The notes: generated by a model not told the origin, from the sequence alone. 64,000 bases of DNA from an uncultured Arcobacteraceae bacterium (GCA_964022095.1 CAXHZO010000002.1:192001-256000); one strand, 5' to 3'. Shown: positions 1 to 10,030, numbered from the stretch's first letter. Numbers and translations are program-made.

Positions 1-2
1 GA

Positions 3-1064
3 TATAAAAATAGTTCCTCTTCTAAAACAAGTGTATTTTCTAAATGGCATAGAAAAATATTTATTTGGATTTTTCCTCCATTTATAATAATTACACTAAC
101 AGGTGCATTGATGAATATTGGTTATAGTTCTTCATCTTTGATGACTTATATATCTTCAAAAGGACAAACCCATGAAACATGGAGTTTGGTTGGTCCCGTT
201 TTATATCCTCAAGATAAAATATTAGAAGAAAAAGGTATTAAAACAGATATGTTACCTATGAATGAACTTTTAAAAAAAGCAAAACAGATTAATCCAAATA
301 TAAATTTCCAAAGAATAAAGATAACTAACTGGAATGATATCTCTGCCTCTGCAAAATTTGAAGGATACAATCCTTATATGCCATTTTTAAATGGAATATC
401 AAATAAGCCAAGTGTTACATTAAGTGCAGTTGATGGAAGTTTAATTGAACAGAAAAAAGTATTAGATAAACACTGGTCTGGACTTTTCTATGATAGCATG
501 ATGTTCTTACATTTATTATTTGGTGTGGATACTTTCACAAGATTATTAATTGTTTTAATAATGATTGTTTCAGTATTTGCTATTGGATTTGGTGTTTTAT
601 TATGGTTAGAAAAAAAAGCGAGAAAATTCCCTGATAATATTCCGGTTTACCAAGGTATTGGTAAGTTTTCACTAGCAGTAATGATAGGGGTAATACCTGC
701 TACAGGACTCTTGTTTTTATTACAATGGGTATTGCCTTTTGATTTAGAAGATAGGTTTTTAATACAAAAATCTCTTTTTGCGATTATGTGGATTTCAACA
801 TTAACTTGGTCTTATTATAGATTAAACTCATATAAAACTGCAAAAGAGTTTTTATTTTTAGGAGGACTTTTATTTATACTTAGTCCTATTGCTCATTTTA
901 TTAATAGCGGTTTTTCACCCTTTGAGTTGCATTTTTTAAACATGACAAGTATATTAAGTGTAGATATCGGTCTATTTATTTTTGGTTTAATCTTATTAAT
1001 TGTTGCATATAAATTGCCTTACAATCCAGAAAAAATAAAACTATTTTGGACGAAAAATTTTTAA
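3..1064 (+). CDS. PepSY-associated TM helix iron-regulated membrane protein (5'-truncated by window edge)
   Basis: Frame is open from base 3 (YKNSSSSKTSVFSKWHRKIFIW...). Multiple TM helices with WHR and 'MFLH' His motifs typical of PepSY_TM; lies next to TonB receptors. Confidence 0.75.
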   Translation, partial: YKNSSSSKTSVFSKWHRKIFIWIFPPFIIITLTGALMNIGYSSSSLMTYISSKGQTHETWSLVGPVLYPQDKILEEKGIKTDMLPMNELLKKAKQINPNINFQRIKITNWNDISASAKFEGYNPYMPFLNGISNKPSVTLSAVDGSLIEQKKVLDKHWSGLFYDSMMFLHLLFGVDTFTRLLIVLIMIVSVFAIGFGVLLWLEKKARKFPDNIPVYQGIGKFSLAVMIGVIPATGLLFLLQWVLPFDLEDRFLIQKSLFAIMWISTLTWSYYRLNSYKTAKEFLFLGGLLFILSPIAHFINSGFSPFELHFLNMTSILSVDIGLFIFGLILLIVAYKLPYNPEKIKLFWTKNF

Positions 1065-1075
1065 AAGGAAAATAA

Positions 1076-1570
1076 ATGAAAAGTTTAATAATTATTCTTG
1101 TTTTTTTATCAAGTTTATCAAGTCATGAACTTATATTAAATGTAAAAAATAATAACAATAATACAATAACCATAGAAGGTAGATTTAGTACAGATGAGCA
1201 CGCTTCGGGCGCTATTGTAAGATTAGAGTCTTTAATTGATGCCAAAATTTTGTATGAAAAAAGATTACCTAAAAGTAGCCAATTAAATTTGGAAATACCA
1301 AAAGTTCCTTATCAAATTGTTTTAGATGGAAGTCCTGATGAAGATATTATTGTAAAAGAAGGTATAGCACCTTTAGAAGGATTTAAAATTATAGAGAAAA
1401 AAGAAAGCGAAAATATGAATAATAATTTATCAGTAAGCCAATCTAATAGTCAAGAGTGGAATGATATAAGTATATTATTTTTCATTATTTGCTTAATATT
1501 ACTTTTGTTAGCAATTTATTTTAGTAATAAAAATACTAATAAGATTTTGAATGAAATTAGAATTAAATGA
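1076..1570 (+). CDS. Hypothetical exported protein with C-terminal TM anchor
   Basis: Signal peptide, soluble domain and C-terminal hydrophobic helix; AAGGA RBS. Confidence 0.7.
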   Translation: MKSLIIILVFLSSLSSHELILNVKNNNNNTITIEGRFSTDEHASGAIVRLESLIDAKILYEKRLPKSSQLNLEIPKVPYQIVLDGSPDEDIIVKEGIAPLEGFKIIEKKESENMNNNLSVSQSNSQEWNDISILFFIICLILLLLAIYFSNKNTNKILNEIRIK

Positions 1571-1582
1571 TACTGATTATCA
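1568..1582. promoter_or_regulatory. Putative Fur box
   Basis: TGATACTGATTATCA (TGATA-N5-TATCA) about 190 bp upstream of a TonB receptor. Confidence 0.65.
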
Positions 1583-1690
1583 GTTTTAAATAAAAATTAA
1601 GCTTTTAATTGTTACTATTCTGACAATATTTTACATAGATAATAAATTAAATTATTGTGTTATGTAAATATACAAAACTTACAAATAAAA

Positions 1691-1735
1691 TAGCTAGCAA
1701 AAGATAAAATGTTCTCCTAAAATGTAGCCAGCCAA
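1691..1735 (+). promoter_or_regulatory. Paired TAGC(C/T)AGC leader motifs, putative HemP-responsive elements
   Basis: TAGCTAGCAAA at 1691 and TAGCCAGCCAA at 1725; the same pair occurs upstream of the second receptor. Confidence 0.55.
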
Positions 1736-1764
1736 ATATTTAATTATTTAAAACAAGGACATAA

Positions 1765-3759
1765 ATGAAATTAAAGATTGCAAAATCAGTTGCTATGTTA
1801 CTTTTAACTCAAGTTGCATTGTATGCAGAAGATACTCAATTAGATAATATAAGTGTAAACACTACAGCTTTCGATGCACAAGTAAAATCTATATCTGCAA
1901 AACAGCTAGAAGAAGAACAGGCTAGTGATGTAAAAGATATTTTAAAATCTTTACCAAGTGTTACAGTTGATGGAAATGCTAGGTATGGGCAAAAAGTATA
2001 TGTAAGAGGTTTAGAAGATAAGTTTGCAAATATAACAATTGACGGTGCTAAAATGAGTGGTCAATTATTTCATCATTCAGGTGATCAAACAATTGATGCC
2101 TCTTTATTAAAAATAAGTGAAGTTGAACTTGGACCAAACTCTGCATTAAGTGGACCAGGTGTTGTAAATGGTTCTTTTAAATATGAAACAAAAGATCCAA
2201 GTGACTTTTTAGAAGAGGGTGAAGTATTTGGTGGAAAGTTAAGTCTAGGTTATGAAACAGCAAGACATAGAGAAAAAGGTTCGATTGCATTATTTGGTAA
2301 AGTCTCTGATAAACTTGAACTAGTAGGTATTGGTTCAATTTCTGATGATGGTAATTTAGAATTAGGAAATGGTACTAAGATTGCGAATAAAGAGAGTCGA
2401 TTAGAAAGTGGGTTAATAAAAGCTGTTGTAAAACCTAATGATTATAATACATTTAAACTATCTTATAATAAATATGAAGATGGAGGTAACAGAAATATCT
2501 CTGGAGAAAAAGTTGGTAGTGATGTAAATGATGAAAACTATAATTCAATTTCAAGAGATACTTACACATTAAAGTATGATTATAAACCAGATAATGAATA
2601 TGTGAATATTGAAGCAAATATTTATACAAATGAACAATGGATGACTAGAGAAGATGCTACATCTACAAATAGAAGTGGAGATAGTATTACTTATCCAGAA
2701 AGAGAATATATAAACTCATCTAAGGGATATGATTTAAGAAATACATCTTTACTTGGTACTCATAAAGTTACATTTGGTACAGATTATAATCATGAAGAAC
2801 AAGAAATTGAAACTAGTGGGAATACAGTAAATAATACAACAGGAGAAATATCTAATTCTGCTTTCTCTGGTGGTGAAATTGACAACTATGGTTTATATAT
2901 ACAAGATGAGATGCAATTTGACAAGTTAACTTTAACTTTAGGATCTAGATATGATAAATATGAATTAGGTGGGATTTATTCTGGTGATTTTACTCAATTA
3001 TCTCCAAAATTAAAAGCTAAATATCAATTAACAGATAATTTATCATTAAGAACAGCTTATGGTAGAATTTTTAAAGGACCAGCTTTAGGTGAAACTTTAA
3101 TGATTGATTCAAGTGATACACAAGTTGCTGATACAACTGCTCAAGAAGGTAACAACTATGAAATTGGATTTGATTATGAATTAACTAATGCATTAAATGC
3201 TGATTATGCAATCATTGGATTTAATGCATATAAGTACGATTTAAGTGATTATGCACATCCAACAAAAAACAACTCTTTATCATCTCAAGGTGAAATGGAA
3301 ATTTGGGGACTTGAAACAATGTTTTCATATGATAAAGATAAATTTGGAACAACAATATCTCATACATATACTGATGGTGAACAAAAAAATACAGCAGGTA
3401 TTTCATATGACCCTAAAACAGCTAAAATTCATGTATTTAAATTGGGTGTAAATTATCAAGTTACAAAAGAATTGAAATTTAATTATAATTCACAATTTGT
3501 TCCTGGAAATAAATATACAACATACTCATCAAGAAGTGATAGCATGAATGAATATAAAAGAAGTGGATATGGTGTACATGATATTAATCTTACTTTAAAA
3601 CCTAGTGGTTTAAAAAATACTACATTTAATTTAGGTGTTGCAAATATTTTTGATAAAGCATATGTTAGACATACAGCATTTGGTTCTCAAACAACTAGTA
3701 CAAATAAAGCATATGAAATAGGAAGAAATATTAAACTTCAAGTAGCATATAAATTTTAG
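1765..3759 (+). CDS. TonB-dependent outer membrane receptor (FrpB/heme-receptor-like)
   Basis: Signal peptide, plug motifs (YVRG, IDG, GPNSAL) and C-terminal GRNIKLQVAYKF. Confidence 0.9.
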   Translation: MKLKIAKSVAMLLLTQVALYAEDTQLDNISVNTTAFDAQVKSISAKQLEEEQASDVKDILKSLPSVTVDGNARYGQKVYVRGLEDKFANITIDGAKMSGQLFHHSGDQTIDASLLKISEVELGPNSALSGPGVVNGSFKYETKDPSDFLEEGEVFGGKLSLGYETARHREKGSIALFGKVSDKLELVGIGSISDDGNLELGNGTKIANKESRLESGLIKAVVKPNDYNTFKLSYNKYEDGGNRNISGEKVGSDVNDENYNSISRDTYTLKYDYKPDNEYVNIEANIYTNEQWMTREDATSTNRSGDSITYPEREYINSSKGYDLRNTSLLGTHKVTFGTDYNHEEQEIETSGNTVNNTTGEISNSAFSGGEIDNYGLYIQDEMQFDKLTLTLGSRYDKYELGGIYSGDFTQLSPKLKAKYQLTDNLSLRTAYGRIFKGPALGETLMIDSSDTQVADTTAQEGNNYEIGFDYELTNALNADYAIIGFNAYKYDLSDYAHPTKNNSLSSQGEMEIWGLETMFSYDKDKFGTTISHTYTDGEQKNTAGISYDPKTAKIHVFKLGVNYQVTKELKFNYNSQFVPGNKYTTYSSRSDSMNEYKRSGYGVHDINLTLKPSGLKNTTFNLGVANIFDKAYVRHTAFGSQTTSTNKAYEIGRNIKLQVAYKF

Positions 3760-3764
3760 TAATT

Positions 3765-3790
3765 AAGAAAAGAGTTTAAACTCTTTTCTT
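3765..3790. terminator. Bidirectional terminator-like palindrome
   Basis: Perfect 26-bp palindrome AAGAAAAGAGTTTAAACTCTTTTCTT between convergent genes. Confidence 0.75.
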
Positions 3791-3791
3791 T

Positions 3792-4244
3792 TTATTGGCA
3801 GTCTTCACAAATACCATAGATAATCATAGTATGGTCTTTCAATAAAAAACCATTTTTCTTAGCAATTTTAACTTGAGCATCTTCTATAAAATCATCATTG
3901 AATTCTATGATTTTATGACAATTTGTACAAATCATATGATCATGGTGAGTTGATAAGTTAAGTTCATATTTTTTTGCACCGTCTCCAATATCAAGTGATG
4001 TAATAATATTTATGTCCTCAAAGAACTTTAGTGCTCTATAAACAGTTGCAATACCTATATCAATGTTATACTCATTTTTTACTTTTGCAGTAATCTCTTC
4101 AGCATTTAAATGTTCATCTTCAAAATATAATGCTTTTAAAATATAATCTTTTTGTAAAGAGTTCTTTAATTTTAGATTTGAAATATGTTTTTTGAAGTTT
4201 TTTAAAAATCTATCAAAATTCATATTGTTCTCAACTGCACTCAT
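3792..4244 (-). CDS. Fur family transcriptional regulator
   Basis: HLNAEEI, GIATVYRAL, HHDHMICTNC and C-terminal CEDC motifs. Confidence 0.92.
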   Translation of the reverse strand: MSAVENNMNFDRFLKNFKKHISNLKLKNSLQKDYILKALYFEDEHLNAEEITAKVKNEYNIDIGIATVYRALKFFEDINIITSLDIGDGAKKYELNLSTHHDHMICTNCHKIIEFNDDFIEDAQVKIAKKNGFLLKDHTMIIYGICEDCQ

Positions 4245-4360
4245 TAATTATAACCTTGAAAAAATACTAGTAGTACTCCTACAAAAAGTGTTGATGAGTA
4301 GATTTTCCATAAATTACTATGTATTTTCATATTTTTTTCAATCAGATTAAGCTTTTTCAT
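4244..4360 (-). CDS. Small hydrophobic peptide (38 aa), not in ORF track
   Basis: MKKLNLIEKNMKIHSNLWKIYSSTLFVGVLLVFFQGYN*; AGGG RBS upstream; its stop overlaps the Fur-family start (TAATG). Confidence 0.5.
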   Translation of the reverse strand: MKKLNLIEKNMKIHSNLWKIYSSTLFVGVLLVFFQGYN

Positions 4361-4425
4361 TTTTTTACCCTAAATTAATAATCATTATTAATATATTAAC
4401 AACTATGCACTTAAAATAATATTAA

Positions 4426-4440
4426 TGATAGTAGTTATCA
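4426..4440. promoter_or_regulatory. Putative Fur box in divergent promoter
   Basis: TGATAGTAGTTATCA; a second Fur-like site TAATAATCATTATTA lies at 4376-4390. Confidence 0.65.
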
Positions 4441-4517
4441 ATATTAATGTATATTTAAGTATTAACCTATTAATATTCCATTTACATTTTGTTAACAATT
4501 CATAAAGTAGGAAAGCT

Positions 4518-4649
4518 ATGAAAAATAAAAAAGAAAAAATTGATACAAAAGAGATATTTAGTGATTCAAATATAATAACTATTATTCATCAAGGACAAGA
4601 GTATCAATTAAGAATAACAAAATCAGATAAGTTAATTTTAACTAAATAA
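4518..4649 (+). CDS. hemP: Hemin uptake regulator HemP/HmuP (43 aa), not in ORF track
   Basis: MKNKKEKIDTKEIFSDSNIITIIHQGQEYQLRITKSDKLILTK with the family C-terminal YxLRxTxxxKLILTK signature; AGGA RBS. Confidence 0.9.
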   Translation: MKNKKEKIDTKEIFSDSNIITIIHQGQEYQLRITKSDKLILTK

Positions 4650-4659
4650 AAATATTAAA

Positions 4660-4697
4660 TAGCCAGCAAATACTATCTTCTAAAAGTAGCCAGCAAA
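4660..4697 (+). promoter_or_regulatory. Paired TAGCCAGCAAA direct repeats, putative HemP-responsive elements
   Basis: Identical 11-mers at 4660 and 4687, between hemP and the receptor start. Confidence 0.6.
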
Positions 4698-4728
4698 AAA
4701 TATAAATACAATTTACTAAGGATAAAAA

Positions 4729-6924
4729 TTGAAATTAAAAATTGCAAGTAGTGTGGCTATATTGTTGACTAGTCAAAGTTTATTAGGAAATGAAACATTG
4801 CTAGATGATGTTACGGTTACAACTGCATCAGGTTATGAACAAAAATTAGCAGATGCACCTGCTAGTATTTCTGTGATTTCTAAAGAGAATTTATCAAAAA
4901 AACCATATACAAATTTATTAGATGCTTTAAAAGATATAGAAGGTGTTGATATTGGTGAAACAAGAGATAAATCAGGGCAAGGAAGTATCAGTATTAGAGG
5001 TATGGGTGGTGATTATACTTTAATAATGATTGATGGTAAGAAACAAAACAATAATGGTGATATATATCCAAATAATTTTGGAGGATTCCAAAATGCAAAT
5101 TTACCACCTCTTGAAATGATAGAAAGAATTGAAGTTGTTAGAGGACCTATGTCTACACTTTATGGTGCAGATGCTATGGGTGGTGTTGTAAATATCATAA
5201 CTAAAAAAATTACTAGTGAATGGACAGGGGCTATAACACATGGTAAAACTTTTCAAAGTGATAGCCAGTTTGGAAATGATACAACTACAGATTTTGCTTT
5301 AATGGGGCCATTAGTAAAAGATAAATTAGGATTAAGTTTAAGGGGTAGTTATTATGATAAAGAGGCTTCAACTCCCATAACATCAAATGGTTCAACATTT
5401 GGAGGTGCTGGAAAGACTGTAGATAATCAAAATTGGAATTTTGGTACAAGTTTAACATTTACTCCCAATGAAAATCATACAATAAAAGCAGATTACGATA
5501 TTTCAAAACAAAAATATGACAACACGGGAAGTTCTGTAGGAACAGTTGATAGTTATGAGAATTTGTGGTATGAAAGAAGAGGTACTTATTCTCCAAGAGT
5601 TGGTTATGCAACGGTACAAAGAATGGAAAGAGAACAGTATTCAATTTCACATGAAGCACAGTGGGAAGTTGGAAAAAGTACTATTTCAGCACATTATATA
5701 AAAACAGGTAATTTAGGAAGAAGTTTACCTTTAAATGCTACACAAAGAGTATTTATGAATAGTTTATACTCTAACTATACAGATTTAGAAGACTTTAGAG
5801 CAAATGGAACTGCAGCAGAAATTGCTGAGTTTGAAGCACTTCTACCAAGACCAACTAGAACTTTAGAATCAAGAACTATGACTTATGATGCAAAGTATGA
5901 ATTACCATTAGAAGAACACTTTTTAGTAGTTGGAGCACAGTATGTTGATGCTGAATTAGAAGATGGAGTATTTGGTATGACAGATGCTGTACAAACTAAA
6001 TCAGGTGTAGTTCAAGATTATAAACAATGGGCTTTATTTGGAGAAGATACATGGGCTATTAGTGATAATTTATCATTTACAACAGGTCTTAGATATGATA
6101 ATCATGAATCTTTTGGAAGTAATTTAAGTCCAAGAGGGTATGCAATTTATAATTTAAATGACAATTGGACATTTAAAGGTGGTGTAGCAACAGGATATAA
6201 AACTCCAAAAACTACAGATTTATTTGATGGTGTTACTGGTTTTGGTGGGCAAGGAACTTCTCCATGGGTTGGTAATCCAAATTTAAATCCTGAAAAAAGT
6301 GTAAGTAGTGAAATAGCAGCTTACTACAGCCATGAATCTGGACATAATTTTAATATTACAATTTTTAATAATGATTTTGAAGATAAAATTGAAAGTGTTA
6401 CTTTAACTCAAAATCAATTACCTTCAGAGTGGGATGGAATAGCTACAAGTGCTAGACAAAAACAAAATGTTGGTGAAGCACAAATTAAAGGTATTGAATT
6501 AGCCGGTAAATATAAAATTACAAAAGATGTAACTTTTAAAGCAAACTATACATACACAGATTCACAAAGAGAAGATACAGGTAATCCATTGTCTTCAACT
6601 GCAAAACATTTATATAATGTTACTTTAGATTGGCAAATAAATAAAAAGTGGAACACATATATTAATATGAATGCAGAAAAAGATAGATGGAGAGGAGTTG
6701 AAGGTTTAGATTACTATGAAGATTATCAAGTATTTAATTTAGGTTCTTCATATAAAGTATCAAATGATGTTACTTTAAATGGAAGAGTAAATAATTTATT
6801 TGATAAAGATTTTAGTGGAACAACTGATTATACAGATGCCAATGGTGATGCTGCAACAGCATATAGTTATAACTTAGCCCAAAAAAGAAGAGAGTTTTGG
6901 ATAAGTATGAATGTTAAATTCTAA
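4729..6924 (+). CDS. TonB-dependent receptor (CirA/IrgA/CfrA-like siderophore receptor)
   Basis: TTG start with AAGGA RBS; IERIEVVRGPMSTLYGADAMGGVVNIITK plug motif; C-terminal Phe. Confidence 0.92.
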   Translation: MKLKIASSVAILLTSQSLLGNETLLDDVTVTTASGYEQKLADAPASISVISKENLSKKPYTNLLDALKDIEGVDIGETRDKSGQGSISIRGMGGDYTLIMIDGKKQNNNGDIYPNNFGGFQNANLPPLEMIERIEVVRGPMSTLYGADAMGGVVNIITKKITSEWTGAITHGKTFQSDSQFGNDTTTDFALMGPLVKDKLGLSLRGSYYDKEASTPITSNGSTFGGAGKTVDNQNWNFGTSLTFTPNENHTIKADYDISKQKYDNTGSSVGTVDSYENLWYERRGTYSPRVGYATVQRMEREQYSISHEAQWEVGKSTISAHYIKTGNLGRSLPLNATQRVFMNSLYSNYTDLEDFRANGTAAEIAEFEALLPRPTRTLESRTMTYDAKYELPLEEHFLVVGAQYVDAELEDGVFGMTDAVQTKSGVVQDYKQWALFGEDTWAISDNLSFTTGLRYDNHESFGSNLSPRGYAIYNLNDNWTFKGGVATGYKTPKTTDLFDGVTGFGGQGTSPWVGNPNLNPEKSVSSEIAAYYSHESGHNFNITIFNNDFEDKIESVTLTQNQLPSEWDGIATSARQKQNVGEAQIKGIELAGKYKITKDVTFKANYTYTDSQREDTGNPLSSTAKHLYNVTLDWQINKKWNTYINMNAEKDRWRGVEGLDYYEDYQVFNLGSSYKVSNDVTLNGRVNNLFDKDFSGTTDYTDANGDAATAYSYNLAQKRREFWISMNVKF

Positions 6925-6930
6925 TTAAAT

Positions 6931-7461
6931 TTATAATAGTGATTGAATAAAGCTTTTTATAGTTTTATCATCACTATAAAACTCGTAAAACTCTTCAATG
7001 CTATTAAAACTATTTATTGGCAGTTCATTATCTTTTTTTTCTAAGACTTCTTGTTCATTATTGTTATTGATTTTTTTTAAGTAAGTTTTTGTTTCAAAGT
7101 ATGCATTAGTAATAATCTCTATACAATCTTTATGTTCAAGTTTTGCTAATAGTTTTATTTCTTTTTGTTTTGCTTTTTTCTTATTGATTTTATCTTGAAA
7201 CTCTAAAATATTTAAATCAATTTCTTCACATTTTCTTTTAGTATATTTACTATCAAAAACTTCAATTTGAAATAAACCTTTTACTATTAAGAATTTTTTT
7301 AAAATATAAGTGTCTTTACCTATTATGATTTCTATTTCAAGGTTTGCTACACTATCTTCAAATCCCATCGCTTTGTATGCATTAGCATTATCATATTTAC
7401 CACCTAATTTAAACTTTTTGCAGTTTGGTATTAAGTTGAAACCAATATTTTGTATTTTCAT
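6931..7461 (-). CDS. Hypothetical protein
   Basis: 176-aa ORF with AAGGA RBS; no recognised motif. Confidence 0.6.
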   Translation of the reverse strand: MKIQNIGFNLIPNCKKFKLGGKYDNANAYKAMGFEDSVANLEIEIIIGKDTYILKKFLIVKGLFQIEVFDSKYTKRKCEEIDLNILEFQDKINKKKAKQKEIKLLAKLEHKDCIEIITNAYFETKTYLKKINNNNEQEVLEKKDNELPINSFNSIEEFYEFYSDDKTIKSFIQSLL

Positions 7462-7626
7462 TTAATCCTTTCTTTTGTTTTAAAAACGAAAGTATAATTG
7501 ATAAATATTACAAATTGGAAACGAAGTAAGTAAGTGTAAGTTTATGTATTAAAAAAGATTATGCAGGAGTATTTTTTAAAATGAAGTGCCAAATAGTTAA
7601 ATTTAACTATTTGACTTTAGTGATAA

Positions 7627-7845
7627 CTATAAAGTTTCTACACCTTTAGCTTGCTCACCTTTAAGACCTTCACCGATTTCGAATGAAACTTTTTGACCAT
7701 CTTCTAAAGAAACTCTACCGAAACCTTCTTTTTTGATTTCACTGTGATGTACAAAAATATCTTTGCTACCATCGTCTAATTGAATAAATCCAAAACCTTT
7801 TTCACTGTCGAACCATTTAATAGTTCCATTAATTCTATCTGCCAT
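7627..7845 (-). CDS. Cold shock protein (CspA family)
   Basis: [12 protein letters not shown] (RNP1) and DIFVHHS (RNP2). Confidence 0.95.
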   Translation of the reverse strand: MADRINGTIKWFDSEKGFGFIQLDDGSKDIFVHHSEIKKEGFGRVSLEDGQKVSFEIGEGLKGEQAKGVETL

Positions 7846-8042
7846 AGAGTTTCCTTTGTTTGTTAAGCACTTCTTATATTGAAGTTTTGTATAAAGTCTA
7901 ATTAAGTCTTATCTTTTTGAAAGTTTTATATCAACCTGAAAGTTTTAATAAAAAGCATGTAAAATGAAAGCATGAAATTTTCTTTAAGTGCAAAATTGTA
8001 TCATAAAAAATCAATTTACACAAATAAGTTTTTTTAGATATA

Positions 8043-8071
8043 AAAAAAGGCCTATCAAAAGATAGACCTTT
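8043..8071 (-). terminator. Rho-independent terminator after HU gene
   Basis: AAAGGCCTATC-AAAA-GATAGACCTTT hairpin with U tract on the minus strand. Confidence 0.7.
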
Positions 8072-8093
8072 AAAGTTTTTTAAAGTAAAAAAA

Positions 8094-8369
8094 TTACTTA
8101 GCTACAGCTTCTTTTAAAGCTTTTCCAACTTTGAATTTAGCAACAGTAGTTGCAGGTACGTTAACAGTTTTATCAGTTCCTGGAACTTTTGCAGTTCTAG
8201 CAGCTCTATCAGCAGTTGTAAATGTACCAAATCCGATGAAACTTACAGATTCTCTTTTTACTAAAGTATCAGTAATAGTATCTAATACTGCATCAACAGC
8301 ACCTTTTGCATCTTTCTTCGATAATCCAGCCTTTGCAGCTACTGCGTCAATAAATTCAGCTTTGTTCAT
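8094..8369 (-). CDS. hup: DNA-binding protein HU
   Basis: MNKAEFIDAVA, GFGTF, KFKVGKALKEAV. Confidence 0.95.
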   Translation of the reverse strand: MNKAEFIDAVAAKAGLSKKDAKGAVDAVLDTITDTLVKRESVSFIGFGTFTTADRAARTAKVPGTDKTVNVPATTVAKFKVGKALKEAVAK

Positions 8370-8488
8370 TAAGAACTCCTTATGTAAAATTAAATTTATA
8401 AACTTTATAGTATTTAACCTTTAGAATAGCTAAAACTTGGGGCTTTATGCAAAAAAATAATTAAAAATATAATAAAATTTATGATTTT

Positions 8489-9067
8489 TTAGTCATAAGA
8501 AGCTTTTATACTTAATAATCTACAAGAATTCTCTAATATTGCGATTTTTTTCACAAGCTCATTTATGTCTCTATCGTAGACATAAGTTCCTACACCTTTT
8601 ACTATCATCACATTATTTTGAGATTCTTTTAAATATTTTGTAACTTCAAGAGCATTTCTTTGATACCAGCTAGAAAATTCACCTGGATCATACACTTTTA
8701 AACTTCCAAATGTTGTTTTTCCAAAGAAATCTTCAAACTCAATATAATCATGTTCAAATGTATAAGCAGTAGTATATATTGGCATACCAAAAGCTATATA
8801 TTTAGCTTCATGAATATTTGAGTAAATAGTTTGATGAATATGTGATTCGATACTTGCCATATTCCATCTATAATCTTTTTTATTCATATTAAGTGCACAA
8901 AAAGACTTTTCTCCCATTTCATCAAAAATTGCATCTGATGTATTTATCAAAAAATGGTTTTGGTCTAATTTTGCAGAAATTGCACCATGGTAGATACCAA
9001 AAAAGTTTTTTCTAAACATTGTTAGAGATAGTTTTGTTAATAGTTCTACTGTAGCTTTATCAATCAT
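8489..9067 (-). CDS. Class II aldolase/adducin family protein
   Basis: GAISAK and ASIESHIHQTIY (S-E-H motif); divergent from rsmH. Confidence 0.75.
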   Translation of the reverse strand: MIDKATVELLTKLSLTMFRKNFFGIYHGAISAKLDQNHFLINTSDAIFDEMGEKSFCALNMNKKDYRWNMASIESHIHQTIYSNIHEAKYIAFGMPIYTTAYTFEHDYIEFEDFFGKTTFGSLKVYDPGEFSSWYQRNALEVTKYLKESQNNVMIVKGVGTYVYDRDINELVKKIAILENSCRLLSIKASYD

Positions 9068-9127
9068 TTTAAAAGCCTTAAATCTTATTTTTGGTATTAT
9101 ATATTAATTTTTATAAGGACTATTTTA

Positions 9128-10030
9128 ATGGACATACCTCATATACCAGTATTGTACAAAGAGACACTACAAGCTTTTGAAGATATCAATAGTGGTTATA
9201 TCATTGATTGTACCACAGGTTTTGGTGGACACAGTAATGGAATACTAGAACAAAATGACAATATTAAGTTAATTTGTAATGATCAAGATGATGAAGCTTT
9301 AACTTTTTCTAAAAAAAGATTACAAGAGTACTCTTCTAGAATTACTTTTAATAAGGGTAATTTTGAAACGGTACTAGATACTTTCAAAGATTTTGATGTA
9401 AAAGGTGTCTTAGCTGATATTGGAGTATCTTCTTTACAACTTGATAAGCAAGAGCGTGGTTTTGGTTTTGAAAGTGAAATTTTAGATATGAGAATGAATC
9501 AAGAGAATCCTTTAGATGCCTCAATAGTTGTTAACACATATTCTCAAAATGATCTAGAAAGAGTTTTCAAAGAGTATGGAGAAGTAAGGGAATATAAAAA
9601 ACTTGCTTCAATTATAGTTAATAATAGACCTTTTAGTAGTGCAAAAGAGTTATCTGAATTTATTTCTAAAAATATGTCAAAGGGAAAAATACACCCAGCT
9701 ACTTTACCTTTTCAAGGAATTAGAATTGAAGTAAATGATGAGCTTGGAGTTTTAGAAAGACTTTTTGATTCATTAGAAAAAGCAAAATTAAAAGATTGCG
9801 TTGTTGCAATTATCTCTTTTCATTCGCTAGAAGACAGAATAGTAAAAAACTATTTTAAAAAATGGACAAAATCTTGTATCTGTCCAAAAGAAGTATTTAG
9901 ATGTGAGTGTGGGAATAATCACTCATTAGGTAAGATTATTACAAAAAAACCTATTATCCCAACAAAAGAAGAGATTAAGGTGAATCCAAGAAGTAGAAGC
10001 TCAAAATTAAGGATATTTAAATTTGATTAA
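9128..10030 (+). CDS. rsmH: 16S rRNA m4C1402 methyltransferase
   Basis: HIPVL, DCTTGFGGHS, DIGVSSLQLD, ISFHSLEDRIVK, NPRSRSSKLR. Confidence 0.97.
   Translation: MDIPHIPVLYKETLQAFEDINSGYIIDCTTGFGGHSNGILEQNDNIKLICNDQDDEALTFSKKRLQEYSSRITFNKGNFETVLDTFKDFDVKGVLADIGVSSLQLDKQERGFGFESEILDMRMNQENPLDASIVVNTYSQNDLERVFKEYGEVREYKKLASIIVNNRPFSSAKELSEFISKNMSKGKIHPATLPFQGIRIEVNDELGVLERLFDSLEKAKLKDCVVAIISFHSLEDRIVKNYFKKWTKSCICPKEVFRCECGNNHSLGKIITKKPIIPTKEEIKVNPRSRSSKLRIFKFD

Noticed and set aside
8131-8424. Antisense and shadow ORFs in the track (e.g. 8131, 12743, 28955, 36406, 42966, 58990, 59770, 61554)
   Set aside because: They overlap well-supported genes on the opposite strand or in another frame, and have no RBS or motifs.
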